This document shows, piece after piece, positions 56,760-64,000 of a stretch of DNA of 64,000 nt. The notes beneath the pieces were generated by a model. The model saw nothing but the letters and a program-made list of their open reading frames with translations. It searched no databases and had not been told where the DNA came from. Origin of the DNA: Amoebidium appalachense (Eukaryota > Protista > Ichthyosporea). The DNA lies in contig CAVNZM010000015.1 of assembly GCA_963693365.1 (NCBI GenBank), positions 4,223,502-4,287,501 on the forward strand. The letters run 5' to 3'. Positions within the stretch are counted from its first letter, which is position 1. The number at the start of each line of letters is the position of its first letter. The translations under genes were made by a program, and so were the position numbers.

Positions 56760-58130
56760 CTACTGATGCATGTTAGCAGAGAGGGGCCTCTCGTGGCTCG
56801 TGTGGCCGCCAACCAAAGTTACGAGCTCTGTGTAAAGGTCTTCTAAAGAAAGGATCCGGTCCTGGCCCCCGACGGTGGAATTTTCATAGCTATCAAAGTC
56901 GTTGTTAAAACCGACTCCCAAGGGCACGTCCGGAGAGTTAACTGCGTATGCGTCGTCATCCCACGACCGTTTGCTCTTTACCTGCTGCAGGTTCATACCG
57001 ACAAAATCCATGAAAGGGTTGTTGTTTGGGGAGGAGAGAGGAGAAGTGAAGTTGTAGCTGCGAGAGCGCAAAGGGTAGGAATTTGTCGCGCTGTTCAGAC
57101 TGAGGCTGGTGAGGCCGTTTGGTTTTTTGTCGACGGCGGTGGTTTCGTACGAGTCGCCAAAACTGTGCGAGTGGCTCCGTTGCATAAAGTTGCGACCTCC
57201 GAACGAAAGAATAGAATGCGTGTTTTCGGGTGCGGAGAGAGGGGAAGAGAGCGGGCTGTTGATTTTTATGTCGATACCAGACATGTGGCAAGGGTTGGAC
57301 CCGGTGGGGCTCTGGGGAGTGGCGTGCACACTCTGCCCGTTGGAGTTCGGAGGACAAAGAACATCGTAGAGATCATTGAAAACTTTTTCGAGTTGTTTTG
57401 CCGTTCCAAGTGGGTCTACAGTGCCAGGAACCGGGTCAACCTGAATCGTTCCGTTAATACGACGGCTCACGATATTGTGGTTTGCTTTAAGGTGGTATTG
57501 AAGGCTTCGCCAAGCCTCGTACCGCCTTTGGCAGTTGTCGACCGGGCAGGCGAACGGGCGGGGGAGAGTCTGTGAATCTCTGCGCTTTTTCGCTTTCAGC
57601 TGGAAGGATGGGCGACGAATAGGAACCAAACGCAGGGGTTGGCAGTAGAAATCCTCCATGGATTGCCCCGTGGGAGAACATGGTGCAGAGGAGACATGTT
57701 GCCGTTGGGCGATGCTCGGTTCGCTCATGTGTCTGATGTGGTAGGGCTGTGGCATGTGGTTGCTACCAACGCTGTTCGTGTATGCATTTGGGCTGGTGGA
57801 ACGAGATATAAGATAACCAAAGTCGTGATTTGGTGCACCCTGTGACACGTTTTGTGAAATGAACCTTTCTAGCGCGTGTGCTTTTTGGATAATGTGGGCG
57901 TCTTGTTCCGTTTTACACTGGAATAGAGAACTGTCATCGTATGAGTCATTGCTACTGCGCCGAAGGTCATCGTATACCATATGCGCTTGGCTGTGCTGGT
58001 ACTGTGTGTTTGTTTCGTGAAACATTTTGTCGTCTTCTACAAAGTCGGATTCGAAAGCGAAAACTGAGTTTCTGTGCACGAAATCTGCACTATTACTGTG
58101 TGGGAAAGCAGTGTATGCTTTAGCCTGCAT
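56760..58130 (-). CDS. Intronless C2H2 zinc-finger transcription factor-like protein (single finger reminiscent of Sfp1/JAZF1 type)
   Basis: Uninterrupted non-repetitive ORF; first ATG at 58130 (456 aa). RPFACPVDNCQRRYEAWRSLQYHLKANH fits C-x4-C-x12-H-x4-H at about 57478-57560, preceded by basic LKAKKRR; the flanks are Ser/Pro/Asn-rich. Confidence 0.85.
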   Translation of the reverse strand: MQAKAYTAFPHSNSADFVHRNSVFAFESDFVEDDKMFHETNTQYQHSQAHMVYDDLRRSSNDSYDDSSLFQCKTEQDAHIIQKAHALERFISQNVSQGAPNHDFGYLISRSTSPNAYTNSVGSNHMPQPYHIRHMSEPSIAQRQHVSSAPCSPTGQSMEDFYCQPLRLVPIRRPSFQLKAKKRRDSQTLPRPFACPVDNCQRRYEAWRSLQYHLKANHNIVSRRINGTIQVDPVPGTVDPLGTAKQLEKVFNDLYDVLCPPNSNGQSVHATPQSPTGSNPCHMSGIDIKINSPLSSPLSAPENTHSILSFGGRNFMQRSHSHSFGDSYETTAVDKKPNGLTSLSLNSATNSYPLRSRSYNFTSPLSSPNNNPFMDFVGMNLQQVKSKRSWDDDAYAVNSPDVPLGVGFNNDFDSYENSTVGGQDRILSLEDLYTELVTLVGGHTSHERPLSANMHQ

Positions 58131-58607
58131 GCTGCCGTTAAACAGAGGACGAATGTTGTGCTTTTGTATAGAAATTTTTCTATTAAACACGTATAATCTA
58201 TCATAGGGCAGCAGTTATGAAGACATGATACTGACTACTATCACAGAGTTTTTCGAGACACAAGCGCAGCGCGAAACGTAAAATGGGATACAAATAGTTG
58301 GGCTTGAGTGCGGGCGTGCTTTTATATTCTCGGCTTCTCCCAGGGAATGGCGGCCCGGCAGCAGCAGTCTTTCAGAATCATCGGATCTGCGCTCCGATTG
58401 GTGACGTGATAAAGTCCTTATCAAACGGGGAAGAATGTCATTTTGCAATTATTGATTATAAAAAGAGTATTTAGCTATATGTTATGCTTTAGAAGCATTC
58501 TAACTGTTATAATTGAGTTAATTCAATTATTAAAGGCTTGACGAAGGTAGCATATGGATATATACATTTATTAGGTTTCACTTGCGTAGCCCTGTAGGAA
58601 AAGAAGG

Positions 58608-58839
58608 ATTGGATAATGGTCACGAAAGCAAGGATGATTGGACAGCTATAGATTGTTCGCAGATCAAATACTATTGGTTTAGCCTATCCAACTGTCTTTT
58701 CATTGGCGGATTACTCTTAGAGCTATTCTAATTGGTAAAGACGGTTGGCCGTTCTTATTGTTTATATCTCTTTCGAATGCTGATTGGATGCTGACATCCT
58801 AACACATTCCACCGATAAAACTTGATAAGAGCCGATTGG
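58608..58839 (-). promoter_or_regulatory. Cluster of seven co-oriented CCAAT boxes upstream of the C2H2 gene
   Basis: ATTGG on the + strand at 58608, 58637, 58673, 58702, 58731, 58783 and 58835; another at 58397 adjacent to TGACGTG. Confidence 0.7.
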
Positions 58840-59694
58840 CTGTTGGAATCCCTCCACTAGGAGCGCGAGAAAATTCTCCTTTTTTAGGCATCTCTTAGAT
58901 TGACTTGAATGAAGAGGCTCACGGTCTTCGCGAAGGTCACCTTGCAATATAATTAATTGAAGTATTCAAAGGCTTCTCGATAGAAATAGAAAATACAGCA
59001 CTATTGACGCCTTTTCAACAATAAAAAAACCTCTGTAGGTAGCTATAAAACTAAACAAAAATAAAAAAAATAAAAAATGTTCATGTGCATAAACAAACTA
59101 TTGTGAGTTCTCTCGCGCGTGCCACCAAGATCCACACGTACATGTATACAATCACGGTGATTCGAATTCTGTCAAATTCTGTGAAACTTGACACCACGTT
59201 ACCGACTCAACCTAGCGCGGCCCGGTCCTGAGCAGCCGCTGCCAGGTTCTGCCTGAGAGTCTGCGGCCGCCGGCGCCCACTGCATGACTGTGCACGTGAG
59301 TGAACAACTACTGCATGATGATGCGTGCTGATGACTGGCATATGGGCGCATGCGTGACTCATTCACCCATGCTCTCACCATGTGGCCCCGGGGGCCGGTA
59401 CATGTAGGCCGGAGCGTCTCTGTGCGAGTTTAGTGAATAATAATAAATCCATATCACTGTGTATATATGGAGGACACCGGCACAAATATTAAATGCAAAT
59501 ATGCAAGGCACGGCATATGCATCATAGATTGCGTCATCATAATAATTAAGCGGCTCAGGCCACATATAAACACGCGCCGGAAAGCAAAGTCCCCAACGTA
59601 GGCAGAGTGATGATGACTCGGGCATGTGACACACTCCGAGTGTGTGTGCATGTACCCATGCATGTGTGTGTGGGTGGGGGGGATGGGGGGGGGG

Positions 59695-59739
<45 letters not shown>

Positions 59740-59800
59740 CTGGCTAGAACTCTTTCAGAGCTTCAATCTCTCCTCCGGCTCTCTCTCTCTCTCTCTCTAT

Positions 59801-59863
<63 letters not shown>

Positions 59864-59887
59864 CCTCGAAGCTCCCTCGAAGCTCCC

Positions 59888-59920
<33 letters not shown>

Positions 59921-59962
59921 GCTCTCGCTCTGTCCCTGTCTCTCTCAGAATCCATAGAAGAA

Positions 59963-60006
<44 letters not shown>

Positions 60007-60016
60007 GACACACACA

Positions 60017-60109
<93 letters not shown>

Positions 60110-61682
60110 CGAGTCTCTCTCTCTCTCTCCCCGAGAGTCTCTCTCTCTCTCTCTCTCTCTCTCTGTCCCTCCCTCCCTCCCTCCCTCCCTCCTTCCCCCC
60201 CCCCCCCTTCCCTGCCCCTCCCCCCCCCCCCCTCCCCCGGGCGAGGTGGCACCGAGGGAAGGGGGGGGGGGGGGGGAGGAGGGGAGGGACTGGTAAGGTA
60301 ACAAACCCTACCGCCCAGGAATCTTTAATTACTACCCCGAAATCACCTGTTATCTTATCATTGAACCACCGATACCACTGGAAGCGACATGTACTATTCA
60401 AGTGTTATGTTTTCCGTATGATTTCTTTTTTTTCTTTTTTTTCTTTTTTTTGGCCCTGCCCCACTGAGTTTTGGACGTTGGCAAATGCTCACATCATATT
60501 GGCCATGGCTTAAGTTATGTGCAATAGTATTTAAGCACAGCTTCGTAAAAGGTGTGATGATGGCAACCGTTCAGCAACAGCATAATACGTATGGCCCATG
60601 GAACCTTAGACTCTATGTATTACTAACCCTGGAAGTATTTCGAATGAAATAAACGACGCCCATTAAGCAGGTTGAGCATAATAAGCAAAAAAAAACTGGT
60701 TGCATATATGCTCCCCTTCTAGTTAGGGTGTGTGCTGTGGGTTATGTTTGAACCATTTCGTTTTGAAGGCTGTTTGTTTTAAACCTGTGAACCTTTTTAA
60801 AATTAGGTTTATATCCCAGCTGCACCGTGAAGGGCTAACCGTTATTGGGCCTAACAAACTAGACCAAAAAGAAAGAAAGAAAAACAAAGAGCGGGAAAGG
60901 AAGAAAGAAAGGGAAGAAAACAACTTAAACGAAAATACACCCTCTCATAGAATAATTTTGAAAGTGTACACATGTTTGCACTATTAATCCGATGTGTTCA
61001 TGAGCGAGTCAACTGAACACGTTGCTCTCCTGCAGCAAGGCTTGCCCGACGGTCTCGGTTTTGCACTATAATTATGAGAGGAGCAAAGGGGGGGGAAGGG
61101 GGGGCGAAGGGGGGAGGGGGGAGGGGGGGGGGGGGCTTGATTCACTTAGTCGATAAGACGGTCTTTGAGGGAGAGGGGGGGCATAGGCGAAAGTCTTCTA
61201 ATGCTTAAGTAGCTACTATAAATCATCAATTAAGTAGTATTACCATATACATATGGTGTGGTCAGCTGCACAGTGCATGCATGTGAATGCACTATTACCA
61301 TATATGGTGTCATCAACCACGATGCCTACATGTGATTGCACACGTGTGTGTCACAGAGGGTGTGTGTGTATGTGTGTGTGTGTGTGGTGTGCGCGCGCGT
61401 GTGTGAGCTCTCGCATGTGTTTGTGTGCGTAGGTGTGTGTGTTTGCTTGCGTCTGTGTGAGTGTGTGTGCGTGTTGGCTCGTATGTATGTGTGTGTGTGA
61501 GCGCATGTACGTGTTCATGCTGCTGTATTCAATCGCCGAATGTGGAGGTGTGTGTTTGCCCACATGTGACCCTTTTGGACCCGTTTGGAATAAGATGTTG
61601 AATTGGGCGGGTGCGAAACGAGATGGTTTAAGAGCTTTAAGGGGAGCGAGAAGGGGGGGGGGGGGGGGGGGGGAGTGTCTGT

Positions 61683-61715
<33 letters not shown>

Positions 61716-62153
61716 GGGTTAGGGGGAGGACGGGGAGGAGGGGTGGGGAGAGTGGAGGAGAGGGGGGAAAAGAGTGGCTGGGTGGTGATTCGGCTCAGGG
61801 AATGCATATGGCCCGGGAGGAGAGGGGTAACAAAAGGGAGGGGGGGGGGGGGGGGGGGGTGGCGGAGGTTTCGGGGGGGGGGGGGGGGTATGGGAAGCAG
61901 GGGGGAGGGGGGGGGGAGGAGAAAGGGGGAGGGGGGTCTAGCCTGGCCGATCGTTGCCCTAAGCCACTGACTTTGTTGAAGTTAATCATAATCGAAGTTT
62001 GGACGCAAAGTTCAATTGATTATAACTTAGTAATATGTGTCGTTGCTTTGAGATAAATTTCGACCCAGTTATCGTGCCATCCACATGGGGAGGGAGGGAG
62101 TGCCAGAAGAGTGGCGTCTGATGGCCGATTCAAGGGGAGGGGTTGTGGGGAGT

Positions 62154-62185
<32 letters not shown>

Positions 62186-62415
62186 GGGGGGGGGGGGGGG
62201 GGGGGAGGGGGGGGGGGGGGGATGGGAAAGGGAATCGAGGTGTTATAATGGGAACTTGAACTTTAACATATCACATGCCGTCGGTTCTTTTCCATTGTTC
62301 TTTTCTCTTTTCCTCTTTCTCCTTTTATTCTTTTTTTTTTCTATTTCAAGTTGCCAATGATCTAATTTGCTTTGTCTCGGTTGTGTTGTCTGTAGTCAAA
62401 AATTATCTGAACAGA

Positions 62416-62792
62416 TCAGGTTATGCCCGGTTTTTGGTTCTAGATATATTAGTAACCGTGTACGGTAGCTATAGCTAACATTAACAAAGGTGTGTTTGTC
62501 TTCTGTATCACTGATGATGTACATTTCCAAGCATATGGGATCCGATCCAAAACTCATATGTGTGGGGTAAGTCGTGTGCGTGTAACAGCGGATTTACGAT
62601 TGTCCAGTTTTGAGATTTAGGCCACGTAAACATCCGTTACAGACATAGGACTGCATGTGGTCCTACATACGTGGAAATGGGGTATCAAATCCCCGGGAGC
62701 ATGGCTACACACGTACGACCCACCCCACAATTTTTGGGAAGTTTTGGAGGATACGCATATGGGGTTCATATTCTCTTTTCGGATTGGCCGGA
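62416..62792 (+). CDS. Candidate exons of an unknown plus-strand gene
   Basis: 62532-62566 (IWDPIQNSYVW G|gtaagt), a 54-nt intron ending tttag, then 62621-62792 (HVNIRYRHRTACGPTYVEMGYQIPGSMATHVRPTPQFLGSFGGYAYGVHILFSDWP|gtgagc) in phase; possible upstream exon from 62416. Confidence 0.35.
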
Positions 62793-63065
62793 GTGAGCGA
62801 CCAAAAAAGTGCAATGATCTCCGGACACGTGCCAAAGGTTGAAAGAACACACAAAAGCGTACATGTCTCTCTCCTCTCCCCACGTCCCTCTTGTGTCTCC
62901 TGTACAAGTACACGGGAATTTCAGGCTTCCCGCTGTACAAATATGTTAAGTTGAGTGTTGATGATTTGATGTTTTATTTGCAAGGTGCTGCTTAATGAAA
63001 AGGCATTATAGTCACGGTAACCGAATTGAATTATTTCCCCTCTTCCCCCCACCCACCCACCCCAC

Positions 63066-63098
<33 letters not shown>

Positions 63099-63456
63099 TG
63101 AAAGAAAGGAGCCTCCGGGGGGGGGGCAGGGGGGTACCACTCACCGCCTGAGGTGACCCAACAAGCTCGTAAATTCCAAAGCAGTATAAGAGGCTGTGTG
63201 TGTGTGTGTGTATATATGTGTATGTGTGTTTGTGTGTGTGTGTGTACGTGGCCCGGTGTTGCCGTAGTGTACTACCATTGCACAACTTTTGAATATTATG
63301 TGGGTGCCAAAAATGCCGGAACTTGAAGACCACAAGGCCATCCCCCCCCCCCCCCCCCCCCCTCTCCCTAAATTTTTTATAGTTTGAAGGTAAATTAAAA
63401 CAAGCTTAAGCACACAAACACTGGCACGGGCGCGCGCGCGTGCCAGTGTTTGCGCG

Positions 63457-63505
<49 letters not shown>

Positions 63506-63757
63506 ACAGCACCTGCAAGCAATTGCGACGGGGTAAAAGGGGCCTAGGAAGATCCGCAGAGGGAGAGGGGAGAGGGGGTGTCCAATTTTGGCCCGGTCTA
63601 TATTATTTGCCACCGGGGCTTTATGTGCACCGTGTCAGATTCAGTAGTAGATTTTTATTTGTAGCTGGCCCAATTTCAATTTTACATTCTGAAATAGCGA
63701 ATCATTACTAAAGTAATAGTTTGCATGCCGGACAACACAAATATTATGATGGTAGCA

Positions 63758-63798
<41 letters not shown>

Positions 63799-64000
63799 AT
63801 GCGCGTGCGCAGTGTGTGCACAACCAGCTACTAACACAGTTTTAATGCAAGGAACGAAAGCCCTATAAACTTTTTAGAGAACATCCTCTTATACACTACT
63901 TACCACCACCCGGTGATTCAGAAACCATATGCACTTGTATAATGCTTTAGTATAACCTAATAGTATAATATGTGTAGGCATAACTCTGTATGTAGGACAC

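Noticed and set aside
58131-58190. GTG start for the C2H2 ORF given in the track
   Set aside because: Eukaryotic gene; the first in-frame ATG is at 58130.

Overview
Eukaryotic nuclear DNA (organism not determinable; the style suggests a protist or unicellular opisthokont). Introns are saturated with (CA/GT)n, (GA/CT)n and poly-C/poly-G tracts, so almost all ORFs in the supplied track are repeat artefacts. Manual splicing on GT-AG boundaries with phase checks gives five genes: (1) an SLC45/sucrose-transporter-like MFS permease (+, 1150-6240); (2) a protein with a signal peptide, three heme-type DOMON domains and a cytochrome b561 domain (-, 8837-19400); (3) a PKA-catalytic/PRKX-like AGC kinase (-, 23658-34662, possibly with a membrane-anchored extension to 22576); (4) a large unidentified gene of many small exons (-, about 37543-52894); (5) an intronless single-C2H2-finger protein (-, 56760-58130) behind a dense CCAAT-box array. 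There is also an intronic dispersed repeat family with 5S-rRNA-like motifs and several minisatellites. The most unexpected signal is a roughly 8-fold excess, by hand count, of CCAATC/GATTGG inside coding exons of the intron-rich genes, often as inverted pairs, with none seen in the intronless gene. All gene models are hand-built and lack transcript support.
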